Source: Mobula hypostoma
Taxonomy: Eukaryota
DNA length: 64,000 nt
Reading direction: 5' to 3'
NCBI RefSeq assembly: GCF_963921235.1
Contig: NC_086101.1
Coordinates: 8,682,001-8,746,000, forward strand
The notes beneath the pieces are model-generated. The model made no database searches. It was not told the origin of the DNA and worked only from the letters and a program-made list of their open reading frames with translations. The translations under genes were made by a program, and so were the position numbers. Positions 1 to 12,522 of this stretch are shown piece by piece (the first letter of the stretch is position 1; each line of letters begins with the position of its first letter).

Positions 1-482
1 GTGAACCTCATCTGGACTCTCTCCAATGCCAGCACATCTTTTCGTAGATGAGGGCCCAAACCTGTTAACAATTCTCAAGGTGAGGCCTCACCAGTGCTTT
101 ATAAAGCCTCAGCATCACATCCTTGCTCTTGTATTCTAGACCTCTTGAAATGAATGCTAACATGGCATTTGCCTTCCTCACCACCGACTCGACCTGCAAG
201 TAAACCTTTCGGGATTTCTGCACCAGGACTCCCAAGACCCTTCGCACCTCAGATTTTTGGATTTTCTCCCCATTTAGAAAATAGTCCATACATTTATTTC
301 TACTACCAAAGTGCATGACCATGCATTTTCCAACATTGTATTTCATTTGTCACTTTCTTGCCCATTCTCCTAATCTGTCTAAGTCCTTCTGCAGCCTCCT
401 GTTTCCTCAACACTACCGGCCCCTCCACCAAACTTTGTACCATCTGCAAACCTGGCAACAAAGCCATCTATTCTATCATCTA

Positions 483-614
483 ACAACAGGAATTCTGCAG
501 ATGCCGGAAACCCAAGCAACATACATCAAAGTTGCTGGTGAACGCAGCAGGCCAGGCAGCATCTATAGGAAGAGGCGCAGTCGACGTTTCAGGCCGAGAC
601 CCTTCGTCAGGACT
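483..614 (-). mobile_element. 132-bp Penelope-like terminal fragment with 12-bp TSD
   Basis: TSD TTCTATCATCTA at 471-482 and 615-626; homologous to the Penelope 3' ends at 13978-14108 and 36865-36992. Confidence 0.85.
579..614 (-). ncRNA. Minimal type-I hammerhead ribozyme motif (Penelope type)
   Basis: AGTC-CTGACGA-AGG(gtctcgg)CCT-GAAA-CG-TC-GACT: stem I, intact core, stem II, palindromic minimal stem III, GUC cleavage triplet. Confidence 0.75.
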
Positions 615-1472
615 TTCTATCATCTACGTCATTTGTATTCAGCATAAAAAGTGGTCCCGACACAGAACATGTGGAACAACACTTGTCACTGGCAGCCAAC
701 CAGAAAAGGGTCCTTTTATTCCCACTCACTGCTTCCTACCAATCAGCCAATGCTCTAAACATGTTAGTAACTTTCCTGTCTTACCATGCGCTCTTAACTT
801 GGTAAGCAACCTCATGTGTGGTACCTTGTCAAAGGCCTTCTGAAAATCCAAATATATAACATCCACTGCATCACCTTTGTCTATCCTACTTGTAAACTCC
901 TCAAAGTATTCCAACAAGTTTGTCAGGCAAGATTTTCCCTTGAGGAAACCATGTTGACTTTGACTTATCTTGTCCTGTGTCACCAAGCACTCCATCACCT
1001 CATCCTCAACAATTAACTCTAACATCTTCCCAACCACTGAGGTCAGGCTAACTGGTCTATAATTTCCTTTCTGCTGCCTTCCTCCTTTCTTGAAGAGTGA
1101 AGTGACATTTGCAATTTTTCTCTGACACCATACCAGAGTCCAATCATTTCTGCAAGGTCATGTCTAATGCCACCACAATCTCTAATGCTGCCTCTTTCAG
1201 AACCCGAGGGTGCAGTTCATCTGGTCTGGGTGATTTATGTACCTTTAGCTCTTTAAGCTTTTTGAGCACCTTCTCTTTTGTAACAGTAACTGCACCCACT
1301 TCTCTTCCATCACACACTACAACATCAGGCATACTGCTAGTGTCTTCATCAGCCATCTCCTTGTCCCCAGTTATTATTCCCCTGCCTCATTTTTAATGGT
1401 CCAATATCTACTCTTATTTCTCTTTTATTTTGAACATACTTGAAAAAACGTTCACTATCCACTTTGATATTA

Positions 1473-2074
1473 GCTTTAATAAGTCGAGGGATAGAGTTTA
1501 AGAGTCGCAATGTAATGATGCAGCTCTATAAAACTCTGGTTAGGCCACACTTGGAGTACTGTGTCCAGTTCTGGTCGCCTCACTATAGGAAGGATGTGGA
1601 AGCATTGGAAAGGGTACAGAGGAGATTTACCAGGATGCTGCCTGGTTTAGAAAGTATGCATTATGATCAGAGATTAAGGGAGCTAGGGCTTTACTCTTTG
1701 GAGAGAAGGAAGATGAGAGGAGGCATGATAGAGGTGTACAAGATAATAAGAGGAATAGATAGAGTGGATAGCCAGCGCTTCTTCCCCAGGGCACCACTGC
1801 TCAATACAAGAGGACATGGCTTTAAGGTAAGGGGTGGGAAATTCAAGGGGGATATTACAGGAAGGTTTTTTACTCAGAGAGTGGTTGGTGCGTGGTATGC
1901 ACTGCCTGAGTCAGTGGTGGAGGCAGATACACTAGTGAAGTTTAACAGACTACTAGCAGGTATATGAAGGAATTTAAGGTGGGGGTTTATATGGGAGGGA
2001 GGGTTTGAGGGTCAGCACAACATTGTGGGCCGAAGGGCCTGTACTGTGCTGTACCTTTCTATGTTCTATGTTCT
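1473..2074 (+). mobile_element. 5'-truncated young CR1 3' fragment
   Basis: ORF2 C-terminus (RPHLEYCVQFWSP...TRGHGFK), (TTCTATG)n tail, possible ATATTA TSD; same subfamily as 28788-31447. Confidence 0.88.
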
Positions 2075-3447
2075 ATATTATTTGCCAGTTTGCTTTCATA
2101 TTTCACCTTTTCTCTTCTGATGATTTTTTTAGGAGCTCTCTGTAGGTTTTTAAAAACTTCCCAGTCCTCTACCTTTCCACTAATTTTTGCATTGTTGTAT
2201 GCCCTTTCTTTTGCTGTTACAATAGATTTTACTTCCCCTGTCAGCCACTGCTGTACTATTTTACTATTTGAGTATTTCCTCATTTTTGGAATACACATGC
2301 CCTGCAACTTCCTCATTTCCCCAGAAACGCAACCATTGCTGCTCTGCTGACATCCCTGCCAGCAGCTCCTTCCAATTTACTTTGGCCAACTCCTCTCTCA
2401 TACCACTGTAATTTCCCTTACTCCACTGAAATACTGCTACATCATATTTTACTTTCCCCTATCAGATTTCAAGTTGAACTCAATCATATTGTGATCACTG
2501 GTTCCTGAGGTTTTTTCACCGTAAGCTCCTTCAATGACTCCGGTTCATGACACAACACCGAATCCAGTATAGCTGATCCCCCAGTAGACTCAGCGACAGT
2601 CTGCTCTGAAAAGCCATCTCTTAGGCATTCAACAAACACACTCTCTTGAGATCTATTACCAACATGATTTTCCCAATCGCCCTGCATGTTAAAATCTCCC
2701 ATGACAAACGTAACATTGCCCCTTTGATACGCTTTTCCTATTTCCTGCTGTACCCTGTGTTCCACCTGCTAGCCATTGTTGAGAGGCCTGAATACAACTG
2801 TCGTCAATGTCCTTTCACCCTTGCAGCTTCTCAACTCAACCCACAAGGATTCAACGCCTTCCGATCGTATGTCACATGTTTCTACTGATTTGATGCTACT
2901 CTTTACCACCCCCTCTGCCTACCTTCCGATCCCTCCGATATAACATAGAAACACAGAAAACATACAGCACAATACAGGCCCTTCGGCCCACAAAGCCGTG
3001 CCGAACACGTCCTTACCATTGAACTACCTGGCTTTACCCACAGCCCTCTATTCTTCGAAGCTCCATGTAGCCATCCAGGAGTCTCTTTAAATACCCTATC
3101 GTTTCCGCCTCCACCATCACCGCCAGCAGCCCATTCCATCCACCCACCACTCTCTGCGTAAAAAACTTACCACTGACATCTCCTCTGTACCTACTTCCTA
3201 GCACCTTAAAACTGTGCCCTCTCGTGCTCACCATTTCAGCCCTGGGGAAAAGCCTCTGATTATCCACATGATCAATGCCTCTCATGATCTTGTACACCTC
3301 TATCAAGTTACCTCTCATCCTCTGTCCTCCAAGGAGAAAAGGCCGAGTTCAGTCAACCTAGTCTCATAAGGCAGCGGTCCCCAACCACCGGGCCGTGAGG
3401 AAACGATACGAGTCAGCTGCACTTTTCCTCATTCCCTGTCACGCACT

Positions 3448-4387
3448 TGTGAGGGGATCCAGGAGTGCCCCTATTAACTGTCTGAAGAGAGACAGAGAGA
3501 GACATTCATCATTGATGGGTTGTTTGGAAAGGAGAGAGAGAGAGACGAAGATTAACGGTTGGACTGTCACTTTAAGGCATTGGAAGTAACTTTGGATTTC
3601 TACTGAGTTTGGAGGTGGAGACAGCACCGAGCAGCTCGAACGTTGCTATGGTGACCAAAGGCGGGTTGTTGATATTACTTTCAAGGACAGTTCGCCTGCT
3701 TGCGCATTTCTGAGCCCGGCTAGCTCAGTTGGTAGAGCATGGGACTCTTTGAAAGACAGGTGATGCTCAGCACAGAGAAATAAATGGGAGGTCAGATGAT
3801 ACAGACCTCAGACACATGATCTGGACACTGAATGAACATCGTTGTGCCCGCAGAGAAAGTGGGTTTTGGAGGATCAATCAGGCGGATCGATCCAAATTGC
3901 TATTCCAGCGGTGAAGAAGGGGTTGACTGGTGGGGAGTTGTCTATGTGCCCACCCTGGACGGGGTGATAGCTCTACCACAGGAAAACCAGTCCCCCTGGT
4001 TAAAGTCGCAGTCGGTGACTTGTAAAGGATTTCAGAGGACGACAAGAAGATCGACGGTATCAGCTCACCTGAAGACTCGACTCATCTCTCTCTCTCTCTC
4101 TCTCCATTACTATTCAACTAAATACCACGAACTGAACTGAACTGAACTTTACTCAACATCATAAGACTGTATCTTTTTACGCCTAGACTTAAAGAAGCTT
4201 GGTTTTCATACATATATATTCCACACTTACTTTTATATATAATCATTGCTAACCTGTTTGATTTATCTACATTTATATCACTGTATTGCGTAGTTACTAA
4301 TAAATATTAGTAGATTATAGCAATACTGGACTCCAAAGTGTTTTCCATCTCTGCTGGTTCTTTATTGCCGTCACAGGGTACGTGACA
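3448..4387 (+). mobile_element. Solo LTR (940 bp)
   Basis: TG...CA ends, 4-bp TSD CACT (3444-3447, 4388-4391), AATAAA near the 3' end; homologous to 9379-10349. Confidence 0.9.
3714..3749 (+). pseudogene. 5' half (nt 1-36, through the anticodon) of tRNA-Lys(CTT) inside the solo LTR
   Basis: GCCCGGCTAGCTCAGTTGGTAGAGCATGGGACTCTT; as recalled, it differs from vertebrate tRNA-Lys-CTT by one C>T in the D loop. The 3' half is absent. Confidence 0.85.
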
Positions 4388-4405
4388 CACTGTTGAACTT
4401 GAACA

Positions 4406-4932
4406 TAGGGTTGCCAACTGTCCCGTATTTGCCGGGACATCCCGTATATTGGGCTAAATTGGTTTGTCCCATACGAGACCGCCCTTGTCCCGTATTCCCC
4501 CGCTACGGTACAGCGTTCCTATGAAACCCTTCGTGCCGAAATGGCGTGAAGCAAAGAAGCAATTACCATTAACTTATATGGGAAAAATTTTTGAGCGTTC
4601 CCAGACCCAAAAAATAACCTACCAAATAACACATAAAACCAAAAATAAATAACACTAACCTATAGTAAAAGCAGGAATGATATGATAAATACACAGCTTA
4701 TATAAAGTAGAAATAATGTATGTACAGTATAGTCAGGAAGATGAAGGCGAAACCGATTTGTGGAGGAAAAATTGGCTCGTACACGGCGTCACATATACGC
4801 ACGTCACGCATGCGCACACAGGTGCCTGTGCAAGGCTTCATAGTCATGGTAGTCTTTTCCCGGGGTAAAGTGTCCCGGGATTTGACTGCTACTTTTATCC
4901 GTTATTTGGGAGTGAGAAAGTTGGCAACCCTA
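4406..4932. mobile_element. MITE with TAGGGTTGCCAACT TIRs (hAT Tip100-like ends) inside the hAT element
   Basis: 14-bp perfect TIRs TAGGGTTGCCAACT / AGTTGGCAACCCTA and subterminal TCCCGTAT repeats; no recognisable TSD. Confidence 0.75.
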
Positions 4933-7900
4933 ACTGTAAAAGACGTTGTGGTGAGTTTAACCCTATTTGAACCCCACCCCCCACCCCCCGGTTGGCCGGT
5001 CCGCAAGAATATTGTCAATATTAAACCGGTCCGCGGTCCAAAAAAGGTTGGGGACCCTGGTCATAAGGCATGCTCCCCAATCCAGGCAACATCCTTCTAA
5101 ATCTCCTCTGCACCCTTTCTATGGTTTCCAAGTCTTCCCAAAAGTGAGGTGACCAGAATTGAGCGCAGTACTCCAGGTGGAGTCTGACCAGGGTCCTATA
5201 TAGCTGCAACATTACCTCTCAGCGCTTAACCTCAATCCCACAATTGATGAAGGCCAATGCACCTTATACCTTCTTAACTACAGAGTCAATCTGCATAGCA
5301 GCTATGGACTTGGACCTCAAAATCCCTCTGATCCTCCACACTGCCAAGAGTCTTACCATTAATACTATATTCTGCCATCAATTTTGACCTACCAAAACGA
5401 ACCATCTCACACTTATCTGGGTTGAACTCCATCTGCCACTTCTCAGCCCAGTTTTGCATCCTATCAATGTTCCGTAGTAACCTCTGACATCCCTTCACAC
5501 TATCCACAACGCACCCAACCTTTGTGTCATCAGCAAATTTACTAACCCATCCCTCCACTTCCTCATCCAGGTCATTTATGAAAATCACCAAGGGTAGTGT
5601 TCCCAGAACAGATCCCTGAGGCACACCACTGGTTACCGACCTCCATGCAGAATATGACCCGTCTACAACCACTCTTGGCCTTCTGTGGGCAAGCAAGTTC
5701 TGGATCCACAAAGAAATGTCCCCTTAGATCCCATGCCTCCTTACTTTCTCAATAAGCCTTGCATGAGGTACCTTATCAAATGTCATATACACTACATCTA
5801 CGGCTCTGCCTTCATCAATGTGCTTAGCCACATCCTCAAAAAATTCAATCAGGCTCATCAGGCACGACCTGCCTTTGACAAAGCCATGCTGACTATTCCT
5901 AATCATATTATGCCTCTCCAAATGTTTGTATCCTCTCAGAATCTTCTCCATCAACTTACCAATCACTGAAGTAAGACTCACTGGCCTATAATTTCCTGGG
6001 CTATTCTTGCTCCCTTTCTTGAAATAAAGAGCAACATCCGCAACCTTTCAATCCTCCGGAACCTCTTCCATCCTCATTGATGATGCAAAGATTATTGCCA
6101 GAGGCTCAGCAATCTCCTTCCTTGCTTCCCACAGTAGCCTGGGGTACATCCCGTCCGGTCCCGGTGAGTTATCCAACTTGATGCTTTCCAAAAGCTCCAG
6201 CACATCCTCTTTCTTAATATCTACATACTCAAGCTTTTCAGTCCACTGCAAGTCATCCCTACAATCGCCAAAATCCTTTTCCATATTGAATACTGAAGTA
6301 AAGTATTCATTAAGTACCTCCACTATGTCCTCTGGTTCCATACACACTTTTCCATTGTCACACTTCATTGGTCATATTCTCTCACGTCTTATCCTCTTGC
6401 TCTTCACATACTTGTAGAATGCCTTGGGTTTTCCTTAACCCTGTCCACCAAGACCTTTTCATGGCCCCTACTGGCTCTCCTAATTTCATTCTTAAGCTCC
6501 TTCCTGCTAGCCTTATAATCTTCTAGATTCATATCATTACCTAGTTTTTTGAACCTTTCATACGCTCTTCTTTTCTTCTTGACCAGATTTACAACAGTCT
6601 GTGTGCACCATGGACCTTCTACCCAACCATCCTTTCTCTGTCTCATTGGAATATACCGACTCAGAACCCCACGCAAATATCCCCTGAACATTTGCCACAT
6701 TTCTTCGGTACATTTCCCTGAGAACATCTGTTTCCAATTTATGCTTCCAAGTTCCTGCCAAATATCCTCATAGTTCCCCTTACTCCAATGAAACATTTCT
6801 CTAACTTGTCTATTTCTAACCTTCTCCAATGCTATGGTAAAGGATAGAGAATTGTGATCACTATCTCCAAAATGCTCTCCCACTGAAAGACCTGACACCC
6901 GACCAGGTTCATTTCCCAATACCAGATCAAGTACAGCCTCTCCTCTTGTAGGCTCATCTGCGTATAATGTCAAGAAACCTTCCTGAACACACCCCATCTA
7001 AACCCCTCACTCTAGGGAGATGCCAATCAATATTTGGGAAGTTAAAATCTCCCACCAACCCTGTTATTATTACTCCTTTCCAGAATCTCTCTCCCTATCT
7101 GCTCCTCGATGTCATGTTACTATTGGGTGGTATATAAAAAAACACCTAGTAGAGTTAGTCACCCCTTCCTATTCCTAACTTGCACCCATTGACACTCCGT
7201 AGACAATCCCTCCATGACTTCCTCCTTTTCGGCAACCGTGACACTATCTCTGATCAACAGTGCCATGCCCCCACCTCTTTTGCCTTCCTTCCTATCCTTT
7301 CAGAGACATCTAAAGCCTGGCACTTGAAGTAGCCATTCCTGCCCCTGCACATCCAAGTCTCTGTAATGGCCACAACAGCATAGCTCCAAGTGCTGATCCA
7401 CGCTCAAAGCTCATCCGCTTTATTCATGATACTCCTCGCATTAACATAGACACATCTCAAACCATCGGACTGAGCGTATCCCTTCTCTATCACCTGCCTA
7501 TCCCTCTTTTCGCACTGTCTCCAAACTTTCTCTATTTGTGAGCCAACCTCCCTTTCCTCCTTCACTTCAGTTCAGTTCCCAACCCCCAGCAATTCTAGTT
7601 TAAACTCTCCCCAATAGCCTTAGCAAACCTTCCCGCCATGATATTGGTCCCCCTCGGATTCAACTGCAACCTGTCCTTTTTGTACAGGTCATACACACCC
7701 CAGAATAGGTCCCAATGATCCAGAAATCTGAATCCCTGCCCCCTGCTCCAATCCCTCAGCCAGCATTTATCCTCCACCTCATTCTATTCCTATACTCACT
7801 GTCACGTGGCACAGGCAGTAATCGCGAGATTACTACTTTTGAGGTCCTGCTTCTCAACTTCTTTCCTAACTCCCTGTAGTCTTTTTTTCAGACATCTTCC

Positions 7901-8699
7901 CTTTTCCTACCCATGTCGTTGGTACCAATATGTACCACGTCCTCTGGCTGTTCTCCTTCCCACTTCAGGATATTGTGGATGCGATCAGAAACATCCCGGA
8001 CCCTGGCTCCTGGGAGGCAAACTACCATCCGCTTTTCCTTCCTGTGTCCACAGAATCGCCTATCAGACCTCCTTACTATAGAGTCCCTATCACTGCTGCC
8101 ATCCTCCTCCTTTCCCTACCCTTCTGAGCCACAGGGCCAGACTCTGTGCCAGAGGTGCGATCACTGTTGCTTCCCCCAGGTAGGCCATCCCCACACCCCC
8201 CCCCAAAAGTACTCAAGCAGGAATACTTATTGTTCAGGGGGACAACCACTGGGGTACTCTCTAGTATCTGCTTCTTGGCCTCTCCTCTCCTGACTGTTAC
8301 CCACTTCCCTGTCTCCTGTGGTCCCGGGATTACTACCTGCCTACTGCTCCTCTCTATCACCTCCTCACTCTCTCTGACCAGACGAAGGTCATCGAGCTGC
8401 AGCTCCAGTTCCCTGACGTGGTCTCTAAGTAGCTGCAGCTCGACACACCTGGTGCAGATGTGGTCGACTGGGAGGCCAGGAGTCTCCAGGACCTCCCATA
8501 TCTAACACCGAGCACAGAAAACCAGCCTCACACACATACTCTCTGTCTTTATTTTAAACAGATAACCTACCTGGTCTCGACCCTTTATCACCAAAGCGCC
8601 ATTGAGCCAAAGCCTTCCTACTCTGTTTCCCACTACTCCGTCGCCCGCTCCTCTGATGCCAGCTCTGTAAATCTGTCTTCCTCTTAAACTCTTCCCGCT

Positions 8700-10655
8700 T
8701 GTTACGTACCCCGTAACGGGTTAAAAGAACCAGCAGAAATGGAATACACCTGGAGTCTGGTTTTGCTGTTAACTATTTTATTAGTAACTACGTAATAAAG
8801 TAACATAAAACTAGATAAATCAAATAGGTTAGCAGAGATTATGCATATATATATAGGTGTGTAAATACAGAACCCAAACTTCTTCAAACTTAAGTGGTAA
8901 TTGATACAGTCCTACGATGGGAGGTAAGCGAAGTCAGTTCAGTTTGTGATATTGAGCTGAGTAGAACTGAGAGAGAGGTGATTTGTTTCCCAAGTAAGCT
9001 GATGCTGTTAATTCTTCTGGTTGTCCTCCGAAATCCTTTAACGTCACCGAATGTGACCACACTAAAGGTAACGTCTTCACGTGGTAAAACTATCAACACA
9101 GGCAAGGGTTAAACACACTGATAGCTTTCCACCGGTCACCCCTTTTCCACACTGTGAGAGCCACTGATTGATTCTCCCGATCGATCCACAAAACCCTCCC
9201 ATTTGTGGGCACTCAAAGCTCGTCCAGTGTCCATTTCTTCTGTGTGTCAGTGTGTCCACCAAATCTTCCAAGTTAGCCAGACTTGACCAACTTAAGAGCG
9301 CCGTCTACAAGAGATAATCTACCAACCCAGGCAAGGGTTAAACACACTGGTAGACTCCACAGGGTCGCTCTTTCACACTGTGACAGAATCCTGAAATACC
9401 CCTATTAACTGTGCTTTCGAAAAGAGAGAGGGAGTTATTTACCACCATTTTGTTTAGAAAGAGAGAGAGAGAGAGATGAGGACTAACTGTTGGACTGTCA
9501 CTTTAAGGAACGAGAAAGAACTGGTTAACTCTTGAATTTCTGCTGAAGAGAGACAGCACCGAGCTGCTTGTAAGTTGCTATGGTGACCGAAGGTGACATT
9601 ATTTAGTGGACACTCGAGGTTATTATTTTCGGCAGGTTGTTGATTCTTCTTCAAGGACCTTTGCCTGCTTGCATTTCTTCACAGACAGAGGAAGGAGGAG
9701 TTATGTGAGTGACAGTTGATGCTCAGCACGGGATGATAAAATAGGAGGTCAGGTGATAGACCTCAGGCACATGTTCTGGACACTGAATGAACATTGTTGT
9801 GCCCGCAGAATAAGTGGGTTTTGGAGGATTGATCAGGCGGATCGATCCGTCGCTCTTGCAGTGGAAGGAAGGAAAAGGGGTTGACTGGTGGGGAGTTGTT
9901 CATGTGTCCACCCTCGCCTGGGGGATAGCTCCACCACAGAAAACCGGTCCCCTTTGTTAAAGTCACAGTCGGTGACTCTTAAAGGAGTTTGAAGAACAAC
10001 GAGAAGACCGACGGCATCAGCTGACCTGAAGACTCAAATCTCTCCCTCTCTCTCCATCACTACTTAAGTCAATACCATGAACCGAACTGAACTGAACTTT
10101 ACATATCATTGTAAGACTGTATCTTTTTACCCCTAGACTTAAAGAAGCTTGGTTTTTCATACATATATTTCCACACTTACTGATTTACTTACTAATATAT
10201 ATAATCATTGCTGACCTGTTTGATTTATCTACATTTATATTACTGTATTGCATAGTTACTAATAAATATTATTAGTTAATAGCAATATTGGACTCCAAAG
10301 TGTTTTCCATCTCTGCTGGTTCTTTATTCCCGTCACAGGATTCGTGACAATGCACTAACAATCACAGATCGATTCCTTTTAATCGATCCTCATTCCCACG
10401 CTTGTGGGCATCTAAAAGTGCAGTGGTAATTTCGCCACACCTTAGTGCGTCTGTGTCTCCTTCGAAACAAGCAACCACACTGATTTAAATACCGTTGTAC
10501 TGAACACCAGCTGTCCATCATGTAGCCCCGCCCTTCTATCACCATAGCAACTTACGAGCTGCTCGGTGCCTCTCTCTCTCTCTCTCAATCAGCACACACT
10601 CTCTCTCTTTTTAAAGGCACAGTCCATAATGAATAATCCTTAGGATTTCGTCACA
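8700..10655 (-). mobile_element. Solo LTR (related family) split by a second LTR
   Basis: TGTTACG...GTCACA ends, TSD CGCT (8696-8699, 10656-10659). Confidence 0.88.
9379..10349 (+). mobile_element. Solo LTR (971 bp) nested in an LTR
   Basis: TGTGAC...GTGACA, collinear with 3448-4387; flanks ACAC/ATGC (decayed TSD). Confidence 0.87.
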
Positions 10656-12413
10656 CGCTGTTCTCATTGACCGATCTCCACGCGCTTGCGCAGTCGTGCC
10701 CCGTTCAAACTGTCGAAGAAATAACCGTCACCTTCTCAACTCAGCTTGCTTTCAACCTATAACCTTGGACATTCAGCCCCCAACTACAATCATCCTTCAA
10801 CCATGATTCAGTGATAGCCACAACGTTATAGCTCGCAATCTGTAATAGTGCAACAAGATCATCCACCTTATTTCTTATGTTCCATGCATTTAGATACAAC
10901 ACCTTGAGTACTGTATTTGCTATCCTTTCTGATTCTGCATCCCTAATGTTTTGACCCTCAGCCTGTTGGCTGCAACCAAGTCCCATCACCTGCCTGCCCT
11001 TCCTGACAGTCTGACTGCACACTGTCTTGACATTTTTACTATCTGTCCTATCCTGAGTCCCTTCACTCCGGTTCCCACCCCACTGCCAGATTAGTTTCAA
11101 CCCTCCCCAACAGCTCTAACAAACTTGCCCACGAGAATACTGGCCCCCCTTCGGGAACAGGTCATACCTCCCCCAGGAGGATCCCAATGATCCAAGAACC
11201 TGAAGTCCTGCCCCCTGCACCAGCTTCTCAGCCACGCATTTATCTGCCAAATCTTCCTGTTTCCACCATCACTGGCACGTGGCACAGGCAGCAATCCAGA
11301 AATTACTACCCGGGCAGTTCTGATTCTCAGCTTTCCACCTAGCTCTCTAAATTTTCTTTTCAGGACCTCTTTGCTTTTTCTTCCTATGTCATTGGTACCA
11401 ATATGCAGCAAGACATCTGGCTGCTCCCCCTCCTTCTCGAAAATGTTGGTGGGCGCGATCTGAGACAGCCCTCACCCTGGCACCAGGGAGGCAACATACT
11501 ATCTGGGTGTCCCGTCCACATCCACAGAAACTCCGGTCTGTTCCCCTCACTATCGAGTCCCCTATCACTCCTGCTCCCTTCCTCTTGCCCTTTCCCTTCT
11601 GCACCACGGACCTATGACCAGTGCCTGTCACCCGTTCTCCGTGCAATTCCCTTGGAAGGTCATCCCACACAAAAGTATCCAAAGCGGTATAGTTGTTTTT
11701 GAGGGGAATGGCCACAGGGGTGCTCTGCTCTAACTGCCCATTTCCATTTCTCCTGACAGTTACGCAGCTACTGGCCATCTGCACCTTTGGAGTGATTTCT
11801 TCCCTGTAACTTTGATCAGTTATCTCGTCACTCGCCCGTACAAGCCGAACATCACCCAGTTGCTGCTCCAGATCCCTAACACGGTCTTCAAGGAGCTGCA
11901 GCCGAATGCACTGTGCACAGATGTAGTTCCTTGGGAGACTCGAGGTCTCCCAGTTCTCCAACATCTGGCACGAATAGCATACCACAGCCATTTAAATGAT
12001 ACAGTAACAGAAAAAACACAAAAAGGAAACTTTAACAGACGCTTTACCCAGAGCCGAAGCCTCTTTTGAGCCGAAGCCTGTCTCTTCTACTCTCAGTGCT
12101 GGCCTACTCCCGCCAATAGACGCTCCGCTTATCCCTTCTGTACTTTTATTTAGTTCACAGCGCTCTGTTGACGCCGCTGATCGGCCCCGTACAATGGACA
12201 AACGCCCACGAAACTCTCATCTATCTTCTATATTCAACTAAAACTCTCATGCTCTGTTTGTGACCTCCAATTAGCGCAAACGGTGCATTACAGCGGCACT
12301 ATTTTTAACTAAATCGAGTTAAGATGCGCGAACTTACAGAATGCAGACAAAGTTCAGGGTTATAAATTCGTATAAAATTGTTCACTCGCCGAAAACAACA
12401 ACCCCGCGTTCAC

Positions 12414-12522
12414 CTGAGAGCCGATGTCAGCCATGATGGGAACCGCAACTCGACACCACGACGCATGCGCACGGCCAGCCTCAGCAGCGACTCACGATGC
12501 TCACAGCAGCGCCCCCTACCGG
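12414..12522 (-). promoter_or_regulatory. CpG-rich promoter-like segment inside the Helitron: CTCF-like motif (12509-12522), NRF1-like motif (12462-12471), ATG-to-donor mini-exon (12434-12414)
   Basis: Minus strand reads CCGGTAGGGGGCGC, TGCGCATGCG and cccatcATGGCTGACATCGGCTCTCAG|gtgaac. Confidence 0.4.

Larger units (their letters stand above)
3372..5060. mobile_element. Non-autonomous hAT (Charlie/Buster-like) DNA transposon
   Basis: Imperfect TIRs CAGCGGTCCCCAACC / GGTTGGGGACCCTGG; 8-bp TSD TCATAAGG (3364-3371, 5061-5068) with central TA. Confidence 0.88.
2945..10752 (-). mobile_element. Full-length degenerate CR1 nested in the outer CR1; hosts a hAT element and LTRs
   Basis: 3' tail at about 2945, ORF2 (SGVPQGSVLG, KFADD), ORF1 remnants at 7595-8500, 5' UTR to about 10752. 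The outer CR1 endonuclease sequence rejoins across it (..GATATAAC / CTATAACCTTGGACATTC). Confidence 0.85.
1..12219 (-). mobile_element. Degenerate near-full-length CR1 LINE (outer host), interrupted by many insertions; its 5' UTR resumes at 13411
   Basis: ORF2 RT fragments (YLDFQKAFDKVPH, RPHLE), endonuclease (VVAITESWL), ORF1 Zn-finger/SGNH esterase (CYSC..CAQC, VIGDSIVRG). The 5' UTR matches the CR1 5' UTR at about 17670-17780. Confidence 0.88.

Noticed and set aside
3714..3790. Functional tRNA-Lys gene or primer-binding site
   Set aside because: No 3' half or B-box; it is in sense orientation, is the 5' half, and lies mid-LTR.
4398..4940. TSD for the inner MITE
   Set aside because: The flanks CTTGAACA and ACTGTAAA do not match; it is probably an old part of the composite hAT.
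12414..12434. First exon of a host gene extending left of the window
   Set aside because: Lies within the Helitron boundaries and no further exons were seen; kept only as a possible captured fragment.
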